A stretch of 64,000 bases of DNA from the NCBI RefSeq assembly GCF_044704955.1, contig NC_091984.1, positions 78,430,001-78,494,000 on the forward strand. The letters are read 5' to 3'. The stretch is from Pristiophorus japonicus. Taxonomy: Eukaryota. A model generated the notes under the pieces. It saw only the letters and a list, made by a program, of their open reading frames with translations, had not been told where the DNA came from and searched no databases. The translations under genes and the position numbers were made by a program. Numbering within the stretch: the stretch's first letter is position 1; the number at the start of each line of letters is the position of its first letter. Of this stretch, positions 24,537-36,799 are shown in pieces.

Positions 24537-27500
24537 TGATCGGTCCTTACTATACAGTATAAATGCACACGAGGCCCATGCTTGAGAGAAGGTCAGTCTG
24601 TGACCTGTCCTTTATTCCTTAGCACTCCAAGTGATGAAGGTGGGTGGAGCTTCCCCTTTCGTACCTGAAGGCCCAGGTTAGGATTGTCTTCCACCTAGTG
24701 GTCATTGTTCTCACAGTGTACAACTTAGGTCAGATTATACATGGGTTACAATGCTGGTTGAATAAATGACATCACCTCCCCCCCAAAGTCTTATTGGGAT
24801 CACAGGTTGAGTCTCTCTGGTGGTTTAGAGCGCCTGAGTTGGGGCTCCGGTTGTTGGGCGCTGGCCTGAGTGTCTGCTGTTTGCGGTGCCTCAGGCCTAT
24901 CCAGACTGCCCACAGTGATTGGGCTCTCCTCCACTTGGTTCCGGTGTTCGTTCACCTGTGGTGGAGTGAACTCTATATCGTGTTCTTCCTCTGCTTCTTC
25001 TATGAAGTTGCTGAACCTCCTTTTTGTTTGATCCACGTGTTTGCGGCAGATTTGTCCATTGGTAAGTTTAACTACCGGAATCCTATTTCCCTCTTTGGCA
25101 ACCACAGTGCCTGCAAGCCATTTGGGCCCAGCAGCGTAATTAAGGACAAAAACAGGATCATTTACATCAATACATTGCGCCCTCGCATTCCTGTCATGGT
25201 AGTCATATTGTGGCTGGCGCCTGCTCTCGACAATTTCTTTCATGGTGGGGTGTATAAGGGATAACCGGGTTTTGAGCGTCCTTTTCATTAGCAGCTCTGC
25301 GGGTGGAACCCCTGTGAGCGAGTATGGTCGGGATCTGTAGGCCAACAGTTGGCGTGATCGGTGTCTTTGTAGGGAACCCCCTTGGATTCTGAGCATCCCC
25401 TGTTTGATTATCTGCACTGCTCGTTCTGCCTGGCCGTTTGAGGCCGGCTTGAACGGTGCCGTTCTGACATGGTTAATTCCATTGCCTGCCATGAAGTCCT
25501 GGAATTCAGTGCTTGTGAAGCACGGGCCATTGTCTCTGACCAAGATATCCGATCGACCGTGGGCGGCGAACATTGCCCGTAGACTTTCTACCGTGGCAGA
25601 GGATGTGCTTGAATTTAAAATGTCACACTCGATCCATTTGGAGTAGGCGTCTACTACAACCAAAAACATTTTTCCCATGAAAGGATCTGCGTAGTCCACA
25701 TGGATGTGTGACCAAGGCTTGGCGGGCCATGGCCAGTGGCTAAGGAGGGGTTCCCTGGGCGCATTGTCCAGCTGGGCACACGTGTTGCACCTGCGAACAC
25801 AAAGTTCCAGATCTGCGTCTATCCCTGGCCACCAAACGTGTGACCTCGCAATTGCCTTCATCATGACAATGCCCGGGTGCTCATTGTGGAGTTCTCTGAT
25901 AAACATCTCTCTGCCCATGACTACGCGGTTTCCCCACAGTAAGTAATCGGCCTGAATCGAGAGTTCATCCCTGTGCCTGTGAAATGGTTTAAATTCCTCA
26001 GGGACTGCCCTGTACGTGGCTGCCCAGTCCCCATTCAGGACACATTTCTTGACTAGAGACAATAGCGGGTCTCTATTTGTCCAGACTTTAATCTGACAGG
26101 CTGTCACGGGTGAGCCTTCACTTCCGAAAGCTTCAACAGCCATGACCATCTCAGCAGCATGCTCGGTAGCCACTTCAATGGTGGCTAGTGGGAGCCTGCT
26201 GAGTGCATCGGCACAATTTTCGGTGCCCGATCTGTGCCGAATTGTATAGTCATAGGCGGCTAACGTGAGTGCCCACCTCTGTAGGCGGGCCGATGCGTTT
26301 GCATTTATGGCCTTGTTGTCAGCCAAAAGGGACGTTAGGGGTTTGTGATCTGTCTCCAGCTCAAATTTCCTGCCAAACAGGTACTGGTGCATTTTCTTTA
26401 CAGCATATACACATGCGAGCACCTCCTTTTCTACCATCCCGTAATCCCTTTCTGCCTGGGACAGACTCCTGGAGGCATAAGCTATCGGCTGTAACTGACC
26501 CTTGACATTGACATGCTGCAACACACACCTGACATTATAGGATGACGCATCGCACGTTAACACAAGTTTCTTACATGGGTCGTATAGTGTTAACAGATTG
26601 TTGGAACATAACAAATTGCATGCTTTATTAAAAGCCCTTTCCTGGCTGTCCCCCCAGACCCATTCTCGACCTTTGCGTAGGAGCACGTGTAGCGGCTCAA
26701 GCAGCGTGCTCAATTTGGGAAGAAAGTTACCAAAATAGTTCAGGATCCCCAGGAACGAACGCAGCTCCATCGTGTTACGGGATCTGGGTGCTCTCTGGAT
26801 CGCTTCCGTCTTGGACGCAGTAGGGCTGATCCCGTCTGCTGTTACCCTCATCCCCAGGAATTCTACCTCTGGAGCTAGGAAGACGCACTTTGCCTTTTTC
26901 AGTCGCAGCCCTACCCGGTCCAGTCTGCGTAGCACCTCCTCCAGGTTGTGGAGGTGTTCTTCAGTATCGTATCCCGTGATAAGAATGGCGTCCTGAAAAA
27001 CCACCGTCCCTGGAATCGACTTGAGGAGGCTTTCCATATTTCGTTGGAAGATCGCGGCGGCCGAGCGAATCCCGAAAGGGCATCTGTTGTACTCAAACAA
27101 CCCCTTGTGTGTCATGATGGTGGTCAGCTTCTTCGACTCATTCGCCAGCTCCTGGGTCATGTAAGCTGAGGTCAGGTCCAATTTTGAAAAAAGTTTGCCA
27201 CCGGATAGCGTCGCAAAGAGGTCCTCCGCTCTCGGTAGCGGGTACTGGTCTTGGAGTGACACCCGATTGATGGTGGCCTTGTAATCACCACATATCCTGA
27301 CCGACCCATCCGCCTTGAGCACCAGCACAATCAGGCTCGCTGAGTCACTGAATTCGACTGGCGAGATGATGCCTTCCCTCAGCAGGCGGTCCAATTCGCC
27401 TTCTATCTTTTCCCGCATCATGTACGGCACCGCTCTGGCCTTGTGGTGTACTGGCCTGGCGTCCGGGTTTATGTGAATCACTACCTTGGCCACCATAAAA

Positions 27501-28638
27501 GTGCCGATGCCGGGTTGAAATAGTGAGTTAAATTTGTCCAGGATCTGTGAGCATGATACTCGCTCCACAGAGGAAATTGCATTGACATCACCCCATTTCC
27601 AGTTCATGACAGCAAGCCAACTCCTCCCCAGTAGTGCGGGACCATCCCCTGGGACAATCCAGAGTGGCAACCTGTTCTCCGAATCTTTGTGGGTCACGAC
27701 TACCGTGGCGCTGCCTAGCACCGGAATGATCTGCTTTGTGTAAGTCCGTAGCTGTGCGTCAATCGGCAATAATTTTGGCCTCCTGGCCTTGGGCACCCAC
27801 AACTTTTCGAACTGTTTGATACCCATCAGAGACTGGCTGGCCCCCGTGTCTCGCTCCATTGATACTGGGATGCCACTGAGGAGCACTTTCATCATTATCG
27901 GTGGCGTCCTGGGGTATGAACTATATACGTGCTCCACATGAACTCGCTGAACTTCAGCTTCCAGCGATTTCCCCCAGCGTTCATTTCTGCAATTTCTGCA
28001 GGTATTTTGCTCATCTCTGCAAACTGCGGCTGAGTGTGTGCCTCCACGCCTCCAACATAAGCTGTTGTTGGAAACAAAAGGTCCCTTGCCAGTCGATCGT
28101 CCCTGACTGCCCCTGTTATTGTCCTTGAGTGCGCCATTAACAGGTGTTGATGGCCCCATTACTGGCCGCATTGTCCCTTGCAATGGCGTGAATCACCGTT
28201 CAGCTTGCCATTGTCTCTGTCGAACTCCCCCTCTGGGTTCGACTACATGTTGGGGCATGCCCGACTGTCCTTGTCTGCCTGGAGAACTGTGTGCTGCTTT
28301 AACAATGTTGAATCTCTGTCCCAACCATTCCTTAACACGGTACCTCTCATCTGTTCTGCTCATGGCCATGCTCGCGTGGTTTAAATCCCAGTTTCTCGTC
28401 GCCATTGATAGGTCCTTACTCTACAGTATAAATGCACACGAGGCCCATGCTTGAGAGAAGGTCAGTCTGTGACCTGTCCTTTATTCCTTAGCACTCCAAG
28501 TGATGAAGGTGGGTGGAGCTTCCCCTTTTGTACCTGAAGGCCCAGGTTAGGAGTGTCTCCTACCTAGTGGTCATTGTTCTCAGTGTACAACTTAGGTCAG
28601 ATTATACATGGGTTACAATGCTGGTTGAATACATGACA
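24537..28638 (-). mobile_element. Ty3/Gypsy LTR retrotransposon C (gag-deleted, pol open)
   Basis: LTRs 24537-24771 and 28406-28638; TSD CCTAA; PBS TGGCGACGAG; PPT next to 24772. Confidence 0.96.
24800..28183 (-). CDS. Gypsy pol polyprotein (protease, RT, RNase H, integrase), 1127 aa
   Basis: DTG protease; ICGDYK, LDLTSAY, FQDA (catalytic DD mutated); CDAS, TDHKPL; HHCC, HVDY, DNG, NGQAER. Confidence 0.92.
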   Translation of the reverse strand: MQGTMRPVMGPSTPVNGALKDNNRGSQGRSTGKGPFVSNNSLCWRRGGTHSAAVCRDEQNTCRNCRNERWGKSLEAEVQRVHVEHVYSSYPRTPPIMMKVLLSGIPVSMERDTGASQSLMGIKQFEKLWVPKARRPKLLPIDAQLRTYTKQIIPVLGSATVVVTHKDSENRLPLWIVPGDGPALLGRSWLAVMNWKWGDVNAISSVERVSCSQILDKFNSLFQPGIGTFMVAKVVIHINPDARPVHHKARAVPYMMREKIEGELDRLLREGIISPVEFSDSASLIVLVLKADGSVRICGDYKATINRVSLQDQYPLPRAEDLFATLSGGKLFSKLDLTSAYMTQELANESKKLTTIMTHKGLFEYNRCPFGIRSAAAIFQRNMESLLKSIPGTVVFQDAILITGYDTEEHLHNLEEVLRRLDRVGLRLKKAKCVFLAPEVEFLGMRVTADGISPTASKTEAIQRAPRSRNTMELRSFLGILNYFGNFLPKLSTLLEPLHVLLRKGREWVWGDSQERAFNKACNLLCSNNLLTLYDPCKKLVLTCDASSYNVRCVLQHVNVKGQLQPIAYASRSLSQAERDYGMVEKEVLACVYAVKKMHQYLFGRKFELETDHKPLTSLLADNKAINANASARLQRWALTLAAYDYTIRHRSGTENCADALSRLPLATIEVATEHAAEMVMAVEAFGSEGSPVTACQIKVWTNRDPLLSLVKKCVLNGDWAATYRAVPEEFKPFHRHRDELSIQADYLLWGNRVVMGREMFIRELHNEHPGIVMMKAIARSHVWWPGIDADLELCVRRCNTCAQLDNAPREPLLSHWPWPAKPWSHIHVDYADPFMGKMFLVVVDAYSKWIECDILNSSTSSATVESLRAMFAAHGRSDILVRDNGPCFTSTEFQDFMAGNGINHVRTAPFKPASNGQAERAVQIIKQGMLRIQGGSLQRHRSRQLLAYRSRPYSLTGVPPAELLMKRTLKTRLSLIHPTMKEIVESRRQPQYDYHDRNARAQCIDVNDPVFVLNYAAGPKWLAGTVVAKEGNRIPVVKLTNGQICRKHVDQTKRRFSNFIEEAEEEHDIEFTPPQVNEHRNQVEESPITVGSLDRPEAPQTADTQASAQQPEPQLRRSKPPERLNL

Positions 28639-29128
28639 CCTAAGATCCCTCCAGTTGTAGGGACTGGTAGAGGGGTAATGGAGGAAATTGAGCAGACTGT
28701 TGGCAGGAAGGAGCTAGGACCTTCTGGGGGTAATTTTCACCTTCACCAATTGTTTGATGAACTTACAGAGTGGATTAATTCCAATGGAAATGAAAATGGG
28801 GAGGTTTCTATTGCAGGCTGGTGAACCTTCCCCTAGCACCAGGCACTGCCTATATATCACTTTCTATGATTAGCAAATATTCCAAATTTTCAACTTCACT
28901 GCCCGGACAGTAATGTGTCAGAGCGGATCGCTCGCTTGTTATACAACTTTTCGATTTTCATCCCATTGATCCGCTCTGTCACATTAGCACACAGACTTGT
29001 TGCAAGTTGACAATTGCTCCCACTTTGTTCACGTATCTTTTCTGTACATTAAAAATACTACAGCAAAGTCTAAATCCTCTTAATTATGTTCAAACCTCCA
29101 TCACGTGTTCCGTGTGCTAAAGACACAT

Positions 29129-29638
29129 GGGTGCGATTTTCAACTTTCACCCAAAACAGCTGCGAGAGGCCCCAGCCATTGTCGTGGTGAGGCTTCAATC
29201 CAATGACAGGCCACTGAGTGACCGACAGTGGACCTAAATTCTTTTTTGGAGGCCAGGAAGAGTATTTATGCCCCTCATGGCCCTAGAAACATCTTAAAAT
29301 AACACTTACCTTTTCAGGAGTGGCCTCAAACAAATCCTTTAAGGACTGTTGGATAGGCCGCTCACACCTGGCATTAATGGTCAGAGCTTGTGCAGCACAC
29401 ACTCCACCCATTGGTACTGAGAATTGTAAACGGGGTCCTACAACTGTGTAAGACCTGGCTTTGCAGGTAAATAGTCTCCTGTTTATTTTGGGTGGGCGCT
29501 CTGGCCGCCCATTTGCAGATTCGCCTGAATATCGCATCAGTTAGGCATCGGGAAGCAGGTGATTTTTTTCCAAATTTTCAACTGCCAGCCACCATTCTTT
29601 CCAGTGTAAATAGGGGAGGCAGCAATTGAAAATTTCCC
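29129..29638. mobile_element. Harbinger-type MITE
   Basis: Imperfect TIRs GGGTGCGATTTTCAA and TTGAAAATTTCCC; 3-bp flanking repeat CAT. Confidence 0.65.
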
Positions 29639-30477
29639 CATGGACTCAGATGTATAGCCAAAGGTACAATGCATATGGTTCTAGTACAGAACCACTACCG
29701 GTGATCATCAAAATACAGTACAGTAATGGCCGATCATGTTTCATTTACCAAGTTGTGTTTTTTTATCCTTGCTGAATTTGAATGGAAAGCAAGTAGATGA
29801 GAATAGCATTACTAAAGGCAAAACATATTTATAACAGATAACTGTCGTGATTGGTGCTCAATTGGAAGTTGAGGACCAAGCAATGTGAGGTTCTTCCATG
29901 ATCTGCCATGGTCCCAAAACAATGTAAAGTGCTGCCATCTACTAAAGTCCTATTTCTTATTCTACTTTCTCTTTTATTTTTTAAGTATATTTTTGGTTTG
30001 CAAAAATATAAGCGCATAGAATTGTGGTATACCACATACTGTGTACGTAACATGTGTACATATTAAGAACACATTATACTTTGCACTGTTCAGCGTGCGG
30101 TTAATGTTTATGGATGGTGTATAAGCAACCCATGCAGTATGCATTAGTGTTTCCTATGTTTACCTGGAAGGAGGAGAGAAATGGTATGTATCTGTTCCCC
30201 TTCTGGACCTTGCAGACTTCCTTTAGTTATGAGAGTTAACAATGCAAAAGCAGATGAAACCATCAGCAACATTCCCCACACAATAACAACAACAAAAAAA
30301 CAGCATTGGAATCCTTTTTTTTTCCAAAATTATTATTCTACATGGAATATAAAATTTTTGTGTCAAACATTTTTTTGTATATAAAGCCGATTATTGTGTA
30401 TAGAGCCTGCTTACACTCATTGAGTGCAACCTTTGGAAATGAAAATACTCTGAAAACGTGGGTACATTAAACACCTT

Positions 30478-33209
30478 GGGGCCGGAGTTGGTGGACATAC
30501 CGTCACATACCGCCCGCGGATCGTCAACATACCACCCGAAATCACGAAATTGATCAAAAAATACCTACATACCACCCACATACTGCCCGGTGGGAAATTC
30601 ATCAGTGACATACCGCCAAGCGGTATGCATACCGTCTGCCCACATGGAGCACCCCACAGACCGCCCAAAAGTCCGACATTGGTAGCATACCAACGACATA
30701 CCACCGGAGCTGCACACCTTCTGAGAAAAGCAGGTTTTATGCCAATGGTATGTCGGCGGTAGGTAAACGACAATGTTCCTCCTCCCCTCAGGTGATCTAT
30801 TTCTCCCCCCATGCAATCTATTTCTCTCCCCCCCCTTCTCCCCCCCCCAGCGATCTCGTCCTCCCCTCAGAAATCTAATCCCCTCCAGAGAGATCTAATC
30901 CTCCCCCAGAGATCTAATCCCCCCAGAGAGATCTAATCCCCCCAGAGATCTAACCCCCCCCGCAAAGATTTAATTCCCTCCCCAGAGAGATCTATTCCCC
31001 CCCAGAGATCTAATGCCCCCCAGAAGAGATCTAATGCCCCCAGCGATCTAGTCCTCGCCCCCCCAGAGATCTAATCCCCCCAGAGAGATCTAATCCCCCC
31101 AGAGATCTAACCACTCCCGCAAAGATTTAATGCCCTCCCCAGAGAGATCTAATCCCCCCAGAGAGACCTAAACCCCCCCAGAGATCTTTCCCCCCACCCC
31201 AGAAAAATGTGAAAATAAATAAATAAATAAATAAATAAATAACTAAATAACAATCTAAGTATTATAAATAAATCAAAAACACTGCACAAAACAATTAAAA
31301 ATCTAAACTTACCTGGAGACACATACCTGCAATCAGATGGCGGCAGTCTCTGGCCTCCGGACTGCTCTTCTCATGGGGGGGTGGGGGGTGGAGGTGACGG
31401 AGGTCGATGGAAGAGTGCGCGTGCAGAACACGGGACCCAAAGAGTCCCGTGTCCCAGACAACTTACCCTGCACCGCCGGAGCAGACCATCCGTCGCACTC
31501 CGTTGACGCACCGTTCTTGACCACCTGGACCAATGTTGTCAGTATTCTGCCCGATTAACATTTGCGCTGTGTGGAACAACCTTTTGTCATTTGGCCCTTG
31601 CACAAAGGGAGGCATTGTACGACTTTTACGGCACAAAAATGCGAACCTTGCGGGGCCGGGAGCGCTCCGAGAGAGGGCTTGGGAGGGGGAAAAAATTCAC
31701 AAAAACATTCAAAAAACATTGCCAACACCCTTACCACACAAAAATATAAAAGAATAAAAACTGGAACTTACTTTTTTTGCAGTGTATCCAGCTCACCGCC
31801 ACCGGCAGGTGTTTTCCCTCGCGGTCATCACAGAGCGTGTTTCGGGGCACACAGGTCGGGTGTTTGTCGGAACTTCTGCCGCTGTTGCAACGGGAGCCGT
31901 TACACACCTGGCACAGCTCTCCCTGGCAGTGCCGCCACAAAACCGGACCGGAGGATCACGCCCGGACGCAAAAGTGCTCACTGCCCCATTTTTTGCCACG
32001 GAGGGTCAAACTCAGTGAAAACCTGGTGGCAAACGACCCAAAAATCCGGCCCATTATCTTGGAATACTCCTCATAAGAGCTTAGGGGCCCAACTTTGGTG
32101 GACCGCCCAATTCTCGGCGGTCTCGCGGTGGTCGGTCAATCTTCATCACCGGGTACCGCTGGGGCAGAGTGCTGGCAACATTGGTCCAGGCGGTCCTGAG
32201 CGGTGCGTCAGCAGAGTGCGACGAATGGTCTGCTCCAGCGGTGCAGGGTACGTTGTCTGGGACGCGGGACTCTTTGGGTCCCGAGTTCTGCACACGGGCG
32301 CTCATCCATCGACCTCCATCCCCCACACCCCCCCCCCCGCCTCCCCCGAGAAGAGCCGTCTGGAGGCCAGAGACTCCCAACGTCGGATCGCAGGTCAGTG
32401 TCTCTAGGTAAGTTTAGATTTTTAATTGTTTTGTGCAGTGTTTTTGATTTATTTATAAAATACTTATATTTTTATTTATTTAGTTAGTTATTTTCACATT
32501 TTTCTGGGGGGGACTGAATAGATCTCTGGGGGAGGGGGCTTAGATCTCTGGGGGGATTAGATCTCTGGGGTGATTAGATCTTGGGGGATTAGATCTCTGG
32601 AGGGAAGGACTAGATCCATGGGGGGATTAGATCTCTCTGGGGGATTAGATCTCCGGGGGGGGGGGGGATTAGATTTCTGTGGGGCGAATAGATCTCCCTG
32701 GGGGATTAGATCTCTCTGAGTGGGAATTAGATCTCTCTGGGGGGATTAGATCTCTCTGGGGGGGGGTTAGATCTCCAGGGGAGGATTAGATCTACGTGGA
32801 GGATTAGATCTACAGGGGAGGATTAGATCTACGGGGAGGACTAGATCACTGGGGGATTAGATCTCTCTGGGGAGATTAGATTTCTGGGCAGGGGCAGAAC
32901 TAGATTGCTGGAGGGGGAGGAACATTGTAGTTTACCTACCGCTGACATACCATCGGCATAAAACTACCTTTTTTCAGACGGTGTGCAACTCCAATGGTAT
33001 ATCGGTGGTATGCTACCAATGTTGGACTTTTGGGTGGTCTGTAGATTGCTCCATGTGGGCGGACGGAATGCATACCACCCGGCGGTATATCGCTGATTAA
33101 TTTCCCGCTGGGCGGTATGTAAATATTTTTTGATCAATTTCGTGATTTTGGGCGGTATGTCGGTGGTCCACGAGCGGTATGCAGCGGTATGTCCACCAAC
33201 TCCGGCCCT
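30478..33209. mobile_element. Foldback-like element with ~1.07 kb inverted arms (Harbinger-like termini)
   Basis: 30478-~31553 is the reverse complement of ~32161-33209; termini GGGCCGGAGTTGGTGGACATACC; 3-bp flank CTT; mirrored internal AGATCTAAT-C(n) arrays. Confidence 0.9.
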
Positions 33210-33821
33210 CTTGAAATATCAAATCAACCTTCGATTTGTGTTTCCATGAATAGCAAATCTTTGAATGGTGGTGACAGCTAGATTGCTACATATTAGCTCA
33301 GGGATGAGCTGTTGCTGCTGCATGGTAACAATAAAGAAGCTGCTGATAGTGCTTCAGTGCCCTCTCTTGGCTGAATGAAGAAAATAAAACACTAGGATGT
33401 AGAAATAGACAGAAGTTACAACATGAACACAGGCAATTCGACCCAACCAGGCCATGTCACCATTTACCCGCCATACAAGTGAATAGTCTGAATCAGATCA
33501 ACCCACATTGTTCATCCACCTATCCAATCTAGCTTTTAAAAACCAGCTGTTAGTCTCCCCTTCTACTCTCTCCGTCTTGATACATTTCCTTACGTTAAAG
33601 GCATTAAATAAATGCAAGTTGTTGTTGTTGACCTAATTGAGGAAACTAGCCAAGAGACATTATGAACAAAAAATTATATTGTAGAATTTAAAACTTTTTT
33701 TTCTGACCATCCATTTCCTTATAGAAATGATGACAGTAAATAAGGAAGCCAATGTAGCTCAGGTGACTGTACTGGGTTTCCTTCATTCAAGAAAAAGAGC
33801 CCCTGTTATGTTAATGAGTTA

Positions 33822-35700
33822 AGAACATAAGCAATAGGAGCAGGAATAGGCCATACCGCCCCTCGAGCCTGCTCCGCCATTTAATACGACGATAGCTGAT
33901 CATGAACTCAGCTCCACTTCCTTGCCCGCTCCCCATAACCCCTTATTCCCTTATTGTTGAAGAAACTGTCTATTACTGTCGTAAATTTATTCAATGACCC
34001 AGCTTCTACAGCTCTCTGAGGCAGCAAATTCCACAGATTTACAACCCTCTGAGAAGAAATTCCTCCTCGTCTCAGTTTTAAATGGACGGCACCTTATTCT
34101 AAGATTATGCCCTCTAGTTCTAGTCTCCCCCATCAATGGAAACATCCTCCCTGCATCCACCTTGTCAAGCCCCCTCATAATCTTATACGTTTCGATAAGA
34201 TCACCTCTCATTCTTCTGAATTCCAATGAGTAGAGGCCCAACCTTCTCAACCTTTCCTCATAAGTCAACCCCGTCATCTCCAGAATCAACCTAGTGAACC
34301 TTCTCTGAACTGACTCCAAAGCAAGTATATCCTTTCGTAAATATGGAAACCAAAACTGCACGCAGTATTCCAGGTGTGTATAACTGTAGCAAGACTTCCT
34401 TGCTTTTATACTCCATCTCCTTTGCAATAAAGGCCAAGATTCCATTGGCCTTCCTGATCACGTGCTGTACCTGCATATTATCCTTTTGTATTTCATGCAC
34501 AAGGACCCCCAGGTCCTGCTGTACTGCGGCACTTTGCAATTTTTCTCCATTTAAATAATAACTTGCTCTTTAATTTTTTTCTGCCAAAGTGCATAACCTC
34601 ACACGTTCCAACATTATACTCCATCTGCCAAATTTTTGCCCACTCACTTAGCCTGTCTATGTCCTTTTGCAGATTTTTTGTGCTGTCCTCACTCATTGCT
34701 TTTCCTCCCATCTTTGTATCGTCAGAAAACTTGGCTACGTTTCACTCAGTCCCTTTTTCCAAGTCATTAATCTAGATTGGAAATAGCTGGGTTCTCAGCA
34801 CTGATCCCTGCGGCACACCACTAGTTACTGATTTCCAACCCGAGAATGAACCATTTATCCCGACTCTCTGTTTTCTGTTAGTTAGCCAATCCTCTATCCA
34901 TGCTAATATATTACCCCCAACCCTGTGAACTTTTATCTTGTTCAGTAACCTTTTATGTGGCACCTTGTCAAATGCCTTCTGGAAGTCCAAATACACCACA
35001 TCCACTGGTTCCCATTTATCCACCCTGTTTCTTACATCCTCAAAGAATTCCAGCAAATTTGTCAAACATGACTTCCCCTTCATAAATCCATGCTGACTCT
35101 GCCTGACTGAATTTTGCTTTTCCAAATCTCCTGCTACTGCTTCTTTAATAATTGACTCCAACATTTTCCCAACCACAGATGTTAGGCTAACTGGTCTATA
35201 GTTTCCTGATTTTGTCTGTCTTCTTTTTTAAATAGGGGTGTTACATCTGCAGTTTTCCAATCTGCTGGGACCTCCCCAGAATCCAAGGAATGTTGGTAAA
35301 TTACAACCAATGCATCCACTATCCCTGCTGCTACTTCTCTTAAGACCCTAGGATGCAAGCCATCAGGTCCAGGGATTTATCCGCCTTTAGTCCCATTATC
35401 TTACTGAGTACCACCTCCTTCGTGATTGTGATTGTGTTAAGTTCCTCCCCCCCTATAGCCCCTTGACTATCCACTGTTGGGATATTTTTAGTGTCCTCTA
35501 CTGCAAAGACTGATACAAAATATTTGTTCAGAGTTTTTGCCAACTCCATGTTCCCCATTACTAATTCCCCGGTCTCGTCCTCTTAGGGAGCAACATTTAC
35601 TTTAGCCACTCTTTTCCTTTTTATATACCTGTAGAAACTCTTGCTATCTGTTTTTATATTTCGTGCTAGTTTACTTTCATAGTCTATCTTCCCTTTCTTT
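33822..35700 (-). mobile_element. CR1 LINE, 5'-truncated
   Basis: RT motifs QHGFMKGKSCLTNL, YLDFQKAFDKVPH, SGVPQGSVL, LEYCVQFW; 3' tail at ~33822. Confidence 0.93.
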
Positions 35701-36799
35701 AGTTCCTGGTGCTGCAATTACCTAAGTGCACAGTTGCTAGGTGCAGCACTCTAAAGCAAGTGAAGAGTTGTTATTGCCCCTGTCCTGCTGGTGTCAGCAA
35801 AGTCAATGCAGCAACACAAATAGCTGATTGTGTGAGCCTGTACTACTGCTACCAAATGCCATTTCTTCTGGCTTTTGCAGGATGATGCTGTTACCCTTCC
35901 CATACAGACCAGCGGTATAGTTTTCATACTGCTGACCTTTATGAACCTTCATCAAATATTTGGAAGCATCTGGCAGCCACAAAATGACAGTCGTGTTTGC
36001 AACTTTGAAATAGTTAAGCATCGTGATTTGTTTTTGCCACTGCTGCTATGGAACCCACAGCAACCAGAGCATCATAGAATCCTTAATGACTAACCCAGTG
36101 CGATAACTGCACTACTTGTAAGTAATAATATGGGTGTGACCTTCAAACCCAGCAAGAGCACGAAATGTTCCAAAAGGCAATCATTCATGGAAATGCAATG
36201 CTCAATCACATAATATTCCATCAGTGGCCAAGAGTACCAGGTGTTCTTTGACTTGTATAAGTTTATATTCCCAACCTTGTTGCTTATCCATATGCTGGTT
36301 ACGAACTATGGGTTTATTCATTATTAATGAAAGAATTGTTATAATTCATATTGTGGTTATGACTTAGCAGCAACCAGAAGGGCCGGATATTGACGGCCAG
36401 ACCTGCAGCAACACTACTCTATCTGCATCCCCCAACCTGCTCCCAGCTTAAGGCCCAGCCCAGGAGCAGACCTGTACCTGGAGTGCACTGTAACTCATTG
36501 CTGCACTGGCTTCACTAACTCCAGCAGCATAGGGGCAATCCAACCACTTCATTTACTTCACAGCGCAGCCACTAGTGACAGTTCAGTTGGGTTAATGTGC
36601 TGGTGCAGTCCAGGATAGCTGAGTGCTCTCCTGACAGGTGCAGAACAGCCCCTGTTAGGCACCATGCAGGAGGCCTGGGGTTAAGAATTGATCCTCTGAT
36701 GTTGTTTCACTAATAATCAAAATTAATTGAAAACCTTAATAAGTGTAAAACTACAACATTTCGATCAGAAATTAAAAAGAATTATTTCAGGGGAAAATT

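Noticed and set aside
31562-32407. 281-aa ORF in the palindrome centre
   Set aside because: No recognisable motifs; crosses repeat-fragment boundaries in GC-rich DNA
35870-36125. Plus-strand acceptor/donor pair as an exon
   Set aside because: In-frame stop and no recognisable protein
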